Positions 11,445 to 27,461 of a DNA stretch of 64,000 nt are shown here, in pieces (position 1 is the first letter of the stretch; each line of letters opens with the position of its first letter). This stretch comes from the human T2T-CHM13v2.0 reference genome, Homo sapiens. The position numbers and the translations under genes are program-made. The notes beneath the pieces were generated by a model, which worked only from the letters and a program-made list of their open reading frames with translations, was not told the DNA's origin and made no database searches. The stretch lies in the NCBI RefSeq assembly GCF_009914755.1, contig NC_060942.1. One strand, 5' to 3'.

Positions 11445-13000
11445 AAGTAGAAGCATGGAGGATATGAGCTAGAAGTTCAGAGGAAGGATCCCTGAAAATT
11501 CTCACCTCTGTAAATGCAACAAGAACACTGGCAAAACTTGTCTGAATCAACTTTTTCAGGGCTCTGAAAATTAAAGGCAATCTGGGGAGCCTTTATTCGA
11601 GAAAAATGGCTGAATCTCAGTAAGAACAGTTTTCTGGTGCTTTAACCTGCCCTAGTTCTATTCCCCCATAACCAGCTCCACAGTAGTCTTGAAAACCAAG
11701 ACTCCACAACCACAGTGAAAACCAGTAGCCTGGCAGCAGCTGGAGGGGGCAGGACCCAGTTGGGGCTCCTTCAAAGCCCCATACCCAGAGAGTTGTCATT
11801 ATTTGACCTGCCTAGTAATTCCCTGGAAGACCCCACTCACAAGACTGTTTTTGTGTGATCTGACTTAGAGTTCACCCAGCAAAAATATCTTTTTCCCTAG
11901 GGGCATTTGTAAAAAAAAAAAAAATTATACAGACAATTGTTTAACACCATGGCTGCTTGAGGCAGTAGATTACAATTGGGTTAAACAATAGGGTAACCAA
12001 AAAGCTTAAAAGGGAAAGCTGGGAATGAGATGCCCATGGGGTCATTGAAAAGCTGAGACATTCTCCTGGGGATCTAGGAGGCCATGCACATGCATAAGGC
12101 TGTGAGCAGCCTTCCTAAGCATGTCCAGTGCATGTGCTTACGAAAGACCTGAGAAAATTCTGAGCTCGCAGCTCTAACTGACCTTAAGGCTCTCTACTAG
12201 CAGGAAGTGAAGGCTAAGGCAGAGTTGTCAATTGCCTGGCTGAGTGTGAAAGCATGCTTCATACCTCAACATGCACACACAGCCCCTCAATAAACTGGGA
12301 GACCCATTGGTTCCAGGCATCTAAGGAAATCTCTGTCCAGTCATTAGCTGACCACTAAGCTAACTCAGTAGAAACTTCAGGGGTCACAGACAACAAAGAA
12401 TTAGTTCAGAAAAGTCACTAAGCAAGCAAACAACAACAATAAGCCCTGGGAATGTGGGAGAATCTCATTTCCAGAGTTGCCACGTTACATTGTTTAAAAT
12501 GTCCAGTTTTCAACAAAAATTATGTGACATGCAAAGAAACATAAAGTATTGCCCATACACAGAAAAAGCAATCAATAGAAACTGTCCCTAGACTTGCTAA
12601 ACACAAACTTTATCTATTTTAAATATGCTGAAAGAACTAAAGAAAACCATGTCTAAAGAGCTGAAAAAAAGTATGAGAATGGTGCTTCAATAAAGACATA
12701 GAAATTATACATACAAACCAAATAGAAATTTAGAGATTTAAAATTACAGTAACTGAAATAAAAAATTCACAAAAGGGCTCTACAGCAGATTTGGGCAGAT
12801 GGAATAAGAATCAGTGAACTTGAAGTTGGTCAATTGAGATTATCCAATTTTAGGAACACAAAGAGAAAAGAATGTAGAAAATTAAAGAGTTCTGGAGCCT
12901 GATGGTATACCAGCTTACAATATATATATAATGAGAGTCCCCATAGGAGAGAAGATAGAGAAAAAAACAGAAGGAATATTGGAAAAAACTGGAAGTCCCT
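11445..13000 (+). mobile_element. Old L1M-family 5'UTR/ORF1 remnant
   Basis: L1M 5'-like sequence followed by A-rich ORF1-like sequence (agaatcagtgaacttgaag). Boundaries approximate. Confidence 0.65.
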
Positions 13001-13564
13001 AGTTCAGAGAAGGGACTGCAATGATAGCTTGAAAGTTTGGATTTTATCACTGGCAACAAATACTTTTAGTTTTCCTTGAAGTGGCAGGCTTGTTTTGTTC
13101 ATTTTTCAGAAAATGTCTGCCAAATACCCAAGGCTGAATAACCATCATTTGTCTGTTATTCTTTTGAGTAAAAATGATAATCCATAAAAACAGTGGCTAG
13201 TTCAGCTTGCAACTTAATCATGCAAAAGCTTGTCCTCAAGATGTTCACCATCTGAGGAAATCCAGCAGAGGTGCTGTGTGTATATTTCCCATTTTATTAC
13301 ATGGGGTATTAACAGGGCTACTGAGTTATCAAGATTTAATAAAATTACCCCATTTTTACTGATGCATCAAGGGCATTATTAAGTAAAACTTTTTGTTTGT
13401 TGTTTTTAACTGTGGCTGTATGGAAATGCAGAATTCTATGGCAACTAATACGGTTCGGGACCACTGCCATGATTCATGCTAAGCCACCAACAGACTTACC
13501 CTTCATTACTTTTTATCATGAGTGTACACGTCAACACAGTGAAAAGGGCAAATAATGTTTGAAT

Positions 13565-14125
13565 TTTTTTTTAATTTTTATTTTAACTTCTGGGGTACAT
13601 GTGCAGGATGTGCAGGTTTCTTACATAGGTAACGTGTGCCATGGTGGTTTTCTGCACCTATTAACCCATCACTTAGATATTAAGCCCAGCATGCATTAGC
13701 TATTTTTCCTAATGTTCTACCCCTTACACTGCTCCCCCTCAAACCCTGTCCACCGACAGGCCCCAGTGTGTGTTGTTCCCCTCCCTGTGTCCATGTATTC
13801 TCATTTTTTTAGCTCCCACTTCTAAGTGAGAACATGTGGTTTTTGGTTTTCTGTTCCTGTATTAGTTTGCTGAGGATAATGGCTTCCAGCTCCATCCATG
13901 TCCCTGCAGAGGACATGATCTTGTTCCTTTTTATGGCTGTGTAGTATTCCGTGGTGTATATGTACCACATTTACTTTATCCAGTCTATTGTTGATGGGCA
14001 TTTGGGTTGATTCCATGTCTTTGCTATTGTGAATGGTGCTGCAATGAACATATGCGTGCATATATCTTTGTAATAGAATGATTTATATTCCTTTGGGTTT
14101 ATATCTGGTAATGGGATTGCTGGGT
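13565..14125 (-). mobile_element. 5'-truncated L1PA 3' end
   Basis: Typical antisense L1 3' end (gtacatgtgcaggatgtgcaggtt; ORF2 C-terminal fragment). TSD atgtttgaat at 13555-13564 and 14126-14135. Confidence 0.9.
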
Positions 14126-15091
14126 ATGTTTGAATATTTTTAGGATAACAGTTTTGACCCTGAGGATCCCTAAAAAGGTGTTAGGGACTTCCAGAAGTCC
14201 AAGGAACACACTTTGAGAATCATTGATTTAAGCTATTCACCAAGGGAAGCCTGGATACACTGTCACAGCAGAACAGCTGGCTGTTGCACCCTGGAAGATG
14301 GGCATTAGCATGGAGGGGGTCACTGCTTTGCTTGGTTTGTTCACTTGTGTATCCTCTTAGGCTGATGATATAATTTCTGTGTTTTTTCTTATTTGCAAAG
14401 GGGAAAGAAGACCTATGTCTGGGCTCCATTTCCAGAGATTCTGATTCAATGCTTAATACATGGGCCTATGTAATTTAGTTTTGGGCAGGAGGAGGCCGGT
14501 TCCATCAATTCTGGAAGGGCTAATCCTAAAAGTTCTTCAGGATTCAGCCAACTTAGCATGATTTTGTGCTTTGGGAACAAGGGTTAAAAATATGAGTAAG
14601 AACTAAGCAGGACAAGAATCCACAGGACTAGTAACCCTATCAAAGAGGAATATGAAGACACGAGTTTGGGGAACAGGATGAAACAAGTAGAAAAGGAAGA
14701 CATAAACGAACGATTTATTTTTTTCTAGCTACCAGCACAATATACCCATCAAAATGATATACTCTTCAGTCCCTACATTTCAATCATCATCATCTTCTTC
14801 ATCCTTATTCTCATGCTCATCCTACCCTAAGGGTCACATGCATTATTTCATACATCTACCTATTGACCACTAAGGTGGGTGATTCCACCAGCAAAAATAA
14901 AAATAAAATCAGTAATCTTGTGTGGCCTGAAAAATGGATAATCCTTTATTGCCTGCCCTGAGGTCACTTCCCTGCTCCCAACAATATTAAAATTGCTGAA
15001 ACTCAAACTGCAACTCGACCAGGTGCCCTGAAGACAGGGTTCATAGAAGAAGAAGCTGAAGTATTGGCTAGAGGTAAGATTTGGAATTCTC

Positions 15092-15392
15092 AGCCAGGTG
15101 CATTGGCTCATGCCTGTAATCCCAGCACTTTGGGAGGCTGAGGCAGGTGGATCACTTGAGGTCAGGAGTTTGAGACCAGCCTAGGCAACATGTTGAAACC
15201 TCGTCTTTACTAAAAAAAATACAAAAATTAGCCAGGTGTGGTGGCACGTGCCTGTAATCCCAGCTACTTGGGAGGCTGAGGCAGGAGAGTCGCTTGAACC
15301 CAGGGGCGGAGATTGCAGTGAGCTGAGATTGCACCACTGCACTCCAACCTGGGCGACAGAGCGAGGCTCCATCTAAAAAAAAAAAAAAAAAA
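15092..15392 (+). mobile_element. Alu (AluS)
   Basis: TSD aagatttggaatt. Confidence 0.95.
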
Positions 15393-16479
15393 AAGATTTG
15401 GAATTATCTCTGGAATTTAGATACTATACAACCACTATCTTGCACCACAGGCATTCCATTTTATTATGCATTCCACTTTCCAGTGAAAGAAAACAAGATC
15501 TGGAAACACGAGGTCTGTAGTGTCTTCACCCCTTCAGCCAGGAATGCAGGGGGAGGGAGGCCTCTGAAGCTCCCCCTCCAGTGGCTGCGAATGTTTTGAG
15601 CCTTCCCTCCCATTGCAGCAGGGAGGGGGAAGAGGGCTCCACTCAATAAATAATCACATGATGACATCCGTGTCCTTTCCTTGGCCATAGCACCAGGTGA
15701 AAGTCATCATTATTTTCTTAAGCCAAGTGTCTGTATTTTATTAGCTGCCTAACAACTGCTATCAATAATCATTTTTATAACTGAAGGAATAGGAAAGACT
15801 TTGGTCTTTCCCAAGCCCCAAAACTATGTTTGTCCTGGAGATGGAAGAATTCTCTGAATTTCTTGATCATATTTTCTATAAGTAACTTGATACCTTTCAA
15901 AACAATGAGGAGATTCCTCATACATTTACCAATTTATTCAGTTATTTATTCAACAGATTGATTGAACCACACACCTAAAGAGCCGAAACGGACCTCAGAG
16001 CTGTGTCTCTCCCAGGCCGGTTCTCACCCACCTGCCTTCTTCCCCGGTTCTGCTCTCTATCACCAGGGCTGACCCCTGAGGCTGCAACACCCGGCTCCCA
16101 TGACTGCTGGCTTCTTGCTGTGTTTGACCAAAGAGAGACAGTAGATTGGGGGCTGGGAAGGGAAGAAGGAAGAAACCATCTCTTTCATAGTTCCAGGTCC
16201 CATGGGACAGCCTACCAGAGGTCCAGTTTCTGCTCTGTGGCCTGTGACCTGGAACTGGGAGTCTTGACTCCTCCCTTTGTCTCTGCTGCCCAGGAGATAG
16301 TGGCTCTGAGTGACCTCACTGTTCCCTGTTGGCTCAATCATCTGTGCAACCCTGCACTAAATGCTTCAAAATGGTTTTTGTCTTCCTGATTAGACCCTAA
16401 CAGATACAGGAATTGGAACTATCTTACAGATGTTGGAACTGAGGCCCAGAGAAGATGTGACACGTCTTAAGTTATACGG

Positions 16480-17790
16480 CCAAAAAAATGGTAGGAAATG
16501 TCTACCATGTATAAAGCATTGTGTTAGCCACTATGTGGATGATAAAGATGTGAAATTCCTAGGCTCTTTTCTCAGGAGCCTCCCATCCAGTAAGGGAAAT
16601 GACTTGTCTATACAAACAGCTATAATACAGGACAGTGTGTGCCAGGCACCATTAACAAGCGTGCCAGTTATAAGGATTCAGGTGTTGGGGGCATGCAAGA
16701 TAATGAAGGGAGGTTTCCTGGGGAGCTCAACAGCTGAAGCAGACCAGGAAATACAGGGTAGGATTTTGGCAGGAAAGATGGTGTGTGCCTGTGGTTGGTG
16801 GAGGGATGATCATTCTAGGCAGAAGGAATAGCCTAAATGTGGAAGGAGGCAGGAAAGCTTCAGGCCCTCCCAGGAAACAATAAGCCATTTTTAATTTGGA
16901 ACTTGGGGAAGTGGTAGGTGGGAAGGTAGAGTAACTGCGTTGTTCACTGTTTAAACAGGACACTTCAGAGAATGAAAAGGGACTCTCTTAATACACCAAA
17001 GCAACAGGCAGAGACTGGGGCCATGCTAGGGAAAGTGAGGCTGGCCCAGGTGGATCAGGAGATATGGTCACCTGCCAAGAGGTGGCTGAGCCCAGATCGT
17101 GGAAGGTTTTCCATCCCATACTAAGGGGTTTAGACCTCAGGTTCCAGTTCACTGGGAAGCAAATAAAATAGTCATGTAGGAAGGGATGGAAAATAATTCT
17201 GTAAGACGCTAACTGCATTTCATACCACAGACCGGGGATGAGGAGCAAATGTTCTTGCTCTCCATATCTGATGTGACCTGTGGCCCCCAATGAGCAGGAA
17301 CACCCCGTTCTCCCATGTGTCCTGCTGGACCTGCAACTATACATGCTTAGCACACTGCATGGGACTTGAGAAGGGAAACAAGAAATTAGTAGAAGACATG
17401 GTTCCTTCCCCAGGGATGAGAATTTGGGTATTAAACAGGGAGCAGTACACAATTTGCAAAATCCAGTGTCATTGAATTCCAAAAGGCACAGCCAAGGCAG
17501 CCAGCACTTCTGGTGGTTAGGACAGGAGAGGTCACAGGGGCCTGGGCCTTCAGGAAATGAAGCCAGGAGCACAGAACTCGAGCCCCGCAGGGAAGAATTA
17601 CATTTTGGCTGGGTGGAAAGAGGGGAGGGCATTCCTGGCAGATGCACCGGAGCTGGAATGATCAGGTCATGTGTAAGGGACAATAAAGCAATGAGCTGAT
17701 GTGGGATTCGCAGGAGGTAGGGCTGGGGGAGAGGGCCCTGAAGAACTGGGGCAGTGGGTGGGGAGGAGCTCCGGTGTGGAGGGTGCGGAA
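16480..17790 (-). mobile_element. Degenerate L2 remnants
   Basis: L2-like purine-rich motifs on the + strand (ggcattcctggcaga, atactaaggggtttagacc). Boundaries approximate. Confidence 0.45.
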
Positions 17791-18169
17791 TTCTGTCCAG
17801 GGGCACTATGTGTGTGTGAACTGCAGGGGAAAGTTTACTTTTCTTCTTCACCCGAGGACAATTCGAAGCCGATTGCAGAGGCAGTTGGCAAAGTCAGTAC
17901 TGCATAGTGGTTAAGGGACAGACTTAGCAGCGAATGTGCCTGGGTTCACATGCCGGCCCATCTGCTCCGCAGCGTTGGAGAAGCCACTTGACAGCTCTGG
18001 ACAATAGCTGAACCTCCATCAACCCGGTGACATGAGGATTAAGGGATTAACTCCTATAAAGTGCTGAAAGCAAAGCCTGGCACACAGTAAGACTAAATCA
18101 ATAGTTCTCAGCCCTGGCTGAACGTTCAAGTGACTTGGAGCGCTTCGTAAAAATACCAGGGCCGGAGGA

Positions 18170-18433
18170 TTTTAGGGCGGGGAGACTACTGCTGATTCTG
18201 CAGAGGTAGATACATGTCAGGACACCTTTGTCCAAACCTGTAGAACGGACACCAAGAGTGAACCCTCATGTAAACTATGGACTTGGGGTGATGATATGTC
18301 AGTGTGGATTCATGGATTGTAACAAATGTACCATGCCGGACAGAGGGTATGTGGGAACTATCTGTGTCTTATGCTCAATTTTGCTGTGACCCCAAAACTG
18401 CTCTAAAATTAAAGTCTATTTAAAAAGAAAAAA
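18170..18433 (+). mobile_element. L1MC-like 3' end
   Basis: gtgaaccctcatgtaaactatggactt...aaaactgctctaaaa followed by an A-tail. Confidence 0.7.
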
Positions 18434-18436
18434 AGG

Positions 18437-19147
<711 letters not shown>

Positions 19148-21822
19148 TCACCATCAGTTTTTTTTTTAAGGTTTCTAGGCTATTCCTTTGGGCAGCCAGC
19201 ACTCAGAAGCACTGAACTAAATAAATGGACATGGACTCTTGTACAATAGCGAACACGTCAGGGAACAGGCATGTTCATGGTAGAGCCAGGATCTTTTCCT
19301 GGGGATGCATGGGGAGCGGTTTCCTGGCTTCCACTTGGCGCAGAAGCTCTGCCCTTTTGACAGCTTTCTGAGCCTCTGGGAGCAACGCAGACCCACCAGA
19401 GATTCTTTGAACAAGAAGTGGGCAAACTGATTTCAGAAAGGAAAAAAATCCTATGGCATTACTACCACCACGCTTAGTTAATAGATGACTGACCCTTCTT
19501 ATTAAAAGAAAACTCAAAGTTATCCAGAAACAATTTCCACCCCCAGCACCTAATAGGTCACCAAGCGAGCATAATGTCCCAGAAATCTTAAGGAGCATTG
19601 TGACAATATACCAAAACAATCTTAAGTTTAAACTGTAAATCTATTCTCTGAAAGGCCCATCATCTTGGGAGCAGGACTAAGATGAATGCTCCATCAGACA
19701 AGCCATGGCCGGCAGCCCCAGCTCTCAGCAGCACAAATGTCCCTAGCCACAGAGGCCCAGAGCTCTGCTAATTCATCAAACACCCAGCACGCCCCAAGCC
19801 AAACTGTGGATGTCCTTATCCAAACCTGCTTCTTGTCTCCACAAAACTGCAATTCCATTCTACCAATTGCTCAGTGCAAAAATCCTGGAGTCCGTCTTTC
19901 ACTCCCCTTTCACGTCCAGCATCCAGTCCAACAGCAGCTCCTGTCAGACACACTCAGAACCTGGCCGCTTCCTCCCACCTTCTGCAGGACCGTCCTGGGT
20001 GGAGGCACCACCGTCTCATCTGAATTACCGCGATGGTTGCTTGCAGTCCCCATCTGTGCCCTGAGTCTTCTCCAGAGGATACATTCACATCACTGAGATA
20101 AGAGTCATCCTTTTACACTTAGCCAGAAAATGTCATCACATCTCTGTTCAGAAACCCTCTTATGTGTCTCCATCTCACTCCAAATCAAATCCAAAGTCAT
20201 GACCATGTGCCATGGCCTACAAGCAATGAGCTGACGTGGGAGTCACAGAAGGTGAAGAGAACCTGCCTTCCCCAGGTAATAACCACATCACCTCCCGCTC
20301 TGTACTTTCACCCCTGTGCTCAGAGCCCCTCACCAGAGAGACCTTCCCACCGTCATGCGCCTTCCCTCCCTCGTGCTGCTTTATCTTTTTTCACCTGACC
20401 CATTACATAGTTCCTGGTGTGTTAAATGTCTGGCTCCTCTTGCGATCCCTTTCCCATGAGATCAGGGACTCCAGTATTTGCTGCTGTAACCTTAGGGTCT
20501 AGAACAGTCCCCGGCATATAGTAGGCCCTCCATGAATCCTTATTTTTGAATGAAGTCCTTATGATCACTCCTTTTTGAATTATATTCCAGGATACATCTT
20601 AATAGATTTTGTTTGGGAGGATGGCACTGGTAGGATGAGATGCAGTGATTAACATAATGGACTCCGGGGCCCTGGGAAACAGAATTTTGGGGTTCTAACC
20701 CTAGCTTTGTTCCTAACCCATTGTGTTACTTTGGATGGGTCCTGTGATCTCTCTGGGCCTTGGGTGACCTATAGGGTGTAGGCAGTGGACTAGACCAGTT
20801 GGATTTGACCAATTAAAACAGAATTTTTTAGGGGTGGGATATAAGCATCAATACTTTTTTAAAGTTCCCCAGAGGTAATGTATAGCCAGGAGTGGGCTAA
20901 GCCTAAGCCTTACAGCAGGGTTTCTCCTGTGTTAAAAATGCACACGAATCACTTGGGATGTCATTAAAATGCAGGTTCTGATTGGCTGGTCTGGAGAGGG
21001 AGCTGGGATTTTGCCATTCTAACAAGCTCCCAGGGGATGCTGATGCTGGTGGTCCAAGACCAGGCTCTGAGCGGCAACATCTTGAAGTCACTTCCAGCTT
21101 GGTGACTCCAACGTTTCCATCAAGGGTAAAGGTCCCCTTATTAAATTCTCAGGAAAACATCAGCTGTCACTCCACTAGCTGCTCAATTTGATCTGAGTTC
21201 CCTACTCAATGACTGGCAAGCTGCCCCCGCATGCACTGTGTGGCTGTTAAGAGTTGGTTTTCCTTCTTAAAAAATGAATTGCTGGACCCAGAAAGGGGGA
21301 ATGAGCAAAACCAGGTCTGAGAATTTCTCTCCCAAAAGCAGGCTCAGAGACCTGTAGTCAGGGAAGAAGCCCGTCACAAGTCAGTGGCTTCCCTTCGTCT
21401 GCCGTTCTGTTGTCAGGGCCTCGGTGCTGGCTGTGTCCTGTGTCCCTCTCTATCTCCTTGATCTGACCATCTCATGATGCCTCTGCCTGGCTGCCACCTC
21501 CTGGTGCCCACTGGTGAGCAGAGGCAGCCACTAGCAGGCAGACGGGCAAGCAGGGCACCCTGCACAGGGCCAAGGGAGCAGCCTCATTAGGGCTGTCAAG
21601 GAGCAGCTCCAACAGGAGAAGAATCTCCATCTGGCTGCTGCAGCAGCCGCCGCAGGGAATGGGAAGTGACAAGGACAGAAAGGGAGCAGTCACTGACACC
21701 CTGCAGTTCAAATGGTGACCAGAGCTACTGACAACAGGGCCTTCTCCTACAGCAGCTGTGGGAGGCCTGTTAGATTATTCTGCTCACCCAGTCCCCTAAG
21801 GATTCAGCAACAGAGCCTCTGA

Positions 21823-22494
<672 letters not shown>

Positions 22495-22872
22495 TCAGGG
22501 CAGAAAGAATGAGCATTTACTTAGCATTTGTTGAGTACCAGCACTGTTCAAAAAGTTTCCTTATGTGTATTATCTCATTTAATCTTCACCCAACCCTGCA
22601 AAGTAGATACTGTAATCATTCCCATTTTACAGATACGGAAATCGTGGCAGACAGAGGTTAAGCAACCTGCCCAAGTAAGAGATGAGGCCAAGAATTGGAC
22701 CTGGGTAGTCTGGCTTGAGAGCTGAGTATCTACTTATGATACTTAGTGTGTCTACTTACACTCTCACAGAGTGCTGCAGATTTCTGATTCTGAACCAGTG
22801 GGTCCCTGTCCACCCCCACTGGCTCATCTTAGTCTGGCCCTGTATATAGCCAGAACACTTCCATATTTGGAG

Positions 22873-23253
22873 CTGTGCTAGCTACTGAATTATGTCCCCC
22901 ACCAAGTCATATGTTGAAGCCCTAACCCACAATGTGATGGTATTTGGAGGCAGGGCCTCTGGGAGGTGATATGGTTTAGATGAGGTCACAAGGGTGGGGC
23001 CCTCATGACAGGATTAGTGCCCTTAGAAGAGATACCAGAGAGCTTGCACTCTCTCTCTTTCTCTCTGTCCCATGTGAGAACATAGTGAGAAGGCAGCTTC
23101 TGCAAACCAGGAAGAGGGCCCTTACCAGAACCTAACCATGCTGGCACCTCAATCTTGGACCTCCAGCCTCCAGGACGGTGAGAAAGAAACTTCTGTTGTT
23201 TAGGCCACCCACACTATGGTATTTTGGTAGGGTAGCTCAAGCTGACTATGACA
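22873..23253 (+). mobile_element. MaLR LTR (MLT1A-like)
   Basis: catatgttgaagccctaacc...ggacctccagcctccaggacggtgaga...gactatgaca. Confidence 0.8.
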
Positions 23254-25037
23254 GGCAGGGTCTGAGGGACCATCCCAGGGCTTAACCCCTCTCACGGACC
23301 ACGCCCATTCTCACCCATTCTCAGGTTCACCTGAGGCCCAGGTGTGGGGTGTGGCCTGAAGGGAGTCCTGGAGGATCCAGAGCGGCAGCTCCTCTCCCAT
23401 ATGAGGGGGACTCCACTGAGGTGTAGCCTGGTGTCTCATGGAATGTACTGAGACTGGCTCAGCATTGTGGGATTCAGAAAAAGTGAATGGGAGCATGTGC
23501 TTGGGAGAAGACAAAGCAGGAATTCCAGGTGATGGAGCCTGGAGGCAGACGGGGAGGGGCGTGAGGTCCAAGTCACACAGTGGTTCATGGAGAACTCAGG
23601 AGGCAGGGGCAGGAGAGGCTCCCAGGCAGGACCTGGCAGAGGCAGGGAGGCCTTGGGGCTGTCATGAGAGGCCCTCAGCTGAGTGCATGAGGAGGAGAAA
23701 TAGGCTGGGCTGGTCAGGACAGAGACTTACGCTGCCAAACTGAACCCCTTTCTCAGTCCTGCCCTCTCGCTACATCGTCGGGGCAAAGCCCTTCCCGGGA
23801 CTCACAGGGCCTGATTAGTTTCAGCTCTGTCCATAACTAGCCATCTCCCCTTGTCAGGTAATTTCTTTATGAGCTTTACCTTAGAGGGAGTTGGTCAACT
23901 GTTCCCCAGCACTAACACATCACGATTTCTACATGAGCAATACACCCCATCTTTTCAATCTTTCCAGATGTGTCTGCCTCTAATTCTGTGATTACAAGGT
24001 AGGGCTGACTCCAAGAACTTCCCTAATGTGCCTGGTCTGCTCAGTTCTCAGAAGGTGTCAATGGAGTGACACTTTCAGAACGTGACAGTGACAGTTTTCA
24101 GTGACAGTACTTTCAGAACGTGTCCAACTTCTAGTGATTGGTGCACCTTTCCCTGACTGTCCCAAAGTCTTGGGAGGGGCTCTTGGATCAACCTGTCACC
24201 TGTCACCTGACTAGCATGATTTGCCCTGAGGAGTCTGCACCATGGTGGGAGCAGCCACCCAAGTCCCGTCCCCAGGAAAAGGTGAGTGAGTGTCCCAGAA
24301 CCTGGCCTATAACCATTCACTCTTCTGAGACACTTACCTACTAAAGTCACCACCAGAATGTGATGACAAGCAGTGGATTCTCAGAAGGGACCTATCACCC
24401 GAGGACTAACCGGGAGTTCCTTGTCAGACCCTCGGAACTCATTCAAGCAGGGCTCCAGGCATGGTCTGAGTCATGGCCCTGATGCGTGCCTGCTGAATTC
24501 ATTCAGGGAGAATGCCACGGGAACCTGCCTCAGCCCTGTGTCAGGAACACAGACACCTTCCAGGTGTCGGAAAGTTCTACCAGTCATCCTTAAGATTTGT
24601 TAGACCTACTTAAGCTCACAGGAACATGAAGTTCACAAAATGCTTTCCAACCTTGGATGAAATGCATTTCCATCTTAGCCAAGACATAGCAAGATTCAGT
24701 CATCTTTATTTCTACCTGATGATTTCTTGAACAATCACGTTAACCACATTTTTTTTACCCTCCAAAAGAGAAATAGCAGAGGGGAAAAATGCTGCCTTTC
24801 TTACCTCCAAACTCTCCTATTTTAATCAGTTCCAAAATTATAGTTTGGGGTGGGGAGCATGTTTAAAGCACCTGAAATAGCTATTATGTATTGAGTATTC
24901 AAAATTCTTTGCATGTGTTGATTTAATCCCCACAACAACCCTATTAGGCAGGTGCTATTATTATCCCCATTTTTACAGATGAGAAAACTGAGACATAGAA
25001 AAGTTAAATAATTTGCCCAGGATGATACAGCTTATAG

Positions 25038-25492
<455 letters not shown>

Positions 25493-25809
25493 CCAGTGGG
25501 GGTGTCTTTAAGTGATTCACCTATACTCATTTGCCCAGTTTCATTCATGAACAACAACTCATGTTTTTCAGATGTCTGGCAAACGGTTTAGGTTTCCTTG
25601 GGTGATTATGTATAGAAAGAGGCTGATGGCCCTCCCCAGGGCACAGGTGACAAGCACTTACAAAGAGCTCTCAAACCAGAGTATCTTGAGGAAGGTAACA
25701 CTGTACCCCACGGCTCCTAGGGTCTGTCTGTCTGCCTGGACATGAGAAATAAATGAGAATGCCGACACATTACTGAAGTCACAGAGTCCACATTCTAAAA
25801 ACAATCCAC

Positions 25810-25863
25810 TCTGTGAGGTGCAACAGTTAATAGCATGTTAGAGTTCTAGTGGAAAAGAAAATG
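25810..25863 (+). pseudogene. 5'-truncated retrocopy of box C/D snoRNA U28 (SNORD28)
   Basis: tctgtgaggtgcaacagttaatagcatgttagagttctagtgg matches the recalled 3' half of U28. A-rich tail; TSD aaaaacaatcca / aaaaactatcca. Confidence 0.8.
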
Positions 25864-26077
25864 AAAAACTATCCAAACAGGGTTGCAAGCATGAAACGTG
25901 TAACAAAAGCAGCTTAAAACCTTGTGTCTGGGTGAGCACTCTCTGGTTCAATACCCGTTTCTGAAATTTCAGTGTCTGTTTCCTGGACACTGGACTGTGT
26001 CCCACTGGACTGATCCCACTGGACTGTGAGTGGGATCATAGAGAACTTTGCTTCCTCTTACTTGGCACTGGATTCTA

Positions 26078-26449
<372 letters not shown>

Positions 26450-26589
26450 TCATAGGTGGCTTTTTGAGAAGGATAAAGATACATGCAAATAGATGATTTA
26501 AAAGATCAATTAAATTTCCCACAGATAGAAGATACAGATTACAAAATCTGGCTACAAATTCCACTCATGTGAGTACGCACACCTTGTTG

Positions 26590-27020
26590 CAATGTGACTT
26601 TGCCACTCTTCAAAAGTAGAGTCTATTTTTCTTAAATGTGGGTTGGCCTGTGACTTGCTTTGGCCAAGAGAATGTGAGAGAAATGATATTGGGTGGAACT
26701 CATGAGGCCCTGCAGCTCCGTGACCTTGGAATGCTGCCCTTAGACTGCCCTGTAAGGAAACCAGTACTGTCCTCCTGGGGGATGAGAGCCCATGTGGAGG
26801 AGAGCAAGGCGGGCTAGCCAACAGCAATATCCACTGCCGGGCCTGTCAGGGAAACCACACTGGACCTTCCAGCCCAGCCAATCCGTAAATGGACTTGAGT
26901 GGCATGAATGAGCATGAAAAAGCCAGGGAAAACCAGCAGAGAACCAGCCCGCCAGCCCACAGACCCATGATAACTAAGAAACTGCTGCTCTACGAGAGCA
27001 CACCAGTTTTGTGATAGTTT
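26590..27020 (+). mobile_element. Old MaLR LTR (MLT1F/G-like)
   Basis: gcaatgtgactttgcc...ggttggcctgtgacttgctttggccaa, typical of MLT1. Confidence 0.55.
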
Positions 27021-27028
27021 GCTAAAGT

Positions 27029-27240
27029 TGCTCAACCTTGGTGCTCCAGACATCTTAGATCGGAGAATTCTGACTGTGGGGATTGACCTGTGTACTGTCC
27101 AATGTTCAACAGCAGGTTTGGCCTCCTCCCGCCAGATGCAGTAGCACCCCACCCCCTCCTGTCAGGACAATCCAAATGTTTCCAGACATTACCAAATGTC
27201 CCCTGGGGGAAAAACACAAGTGACCCAGGAAACCTTATTG
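27029..27240. mobile_element. MER20 hAT MITE
   Basis: ctcaaccttgg...ctgtccaatgttcaacagc...ccagacattaccaaatgtcccctgggg. Confidence 0.7.
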
Positions 27241-27461
27241 ATTTCCCCTTCAAATCCTTGAATAATCAATCGTGAATTTGGGGCAGAGTTGAAAAAAATG
27301 TTTTTGCCCCTTTGTCCCTAGACATCTCCCACTGGGTAGTCTGGATGAACTCAGCTGGTGTGTCTGGAACCAACACTGCATTCTCAGATAAACCTGGCCA
27401 GTGCTCATGTCCAGGTAGGCAAAAAGCCCTGCCTCTTTTTATGGGATTGCTTGGCTACCCC

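Noticed and set aside
16988-17851. 287-aa minus-strand ORF
   Set aside because: Pro/Leu/Ser-rich with no recognisable domain or splice logic; overlaps degenerate L2-like sequence.
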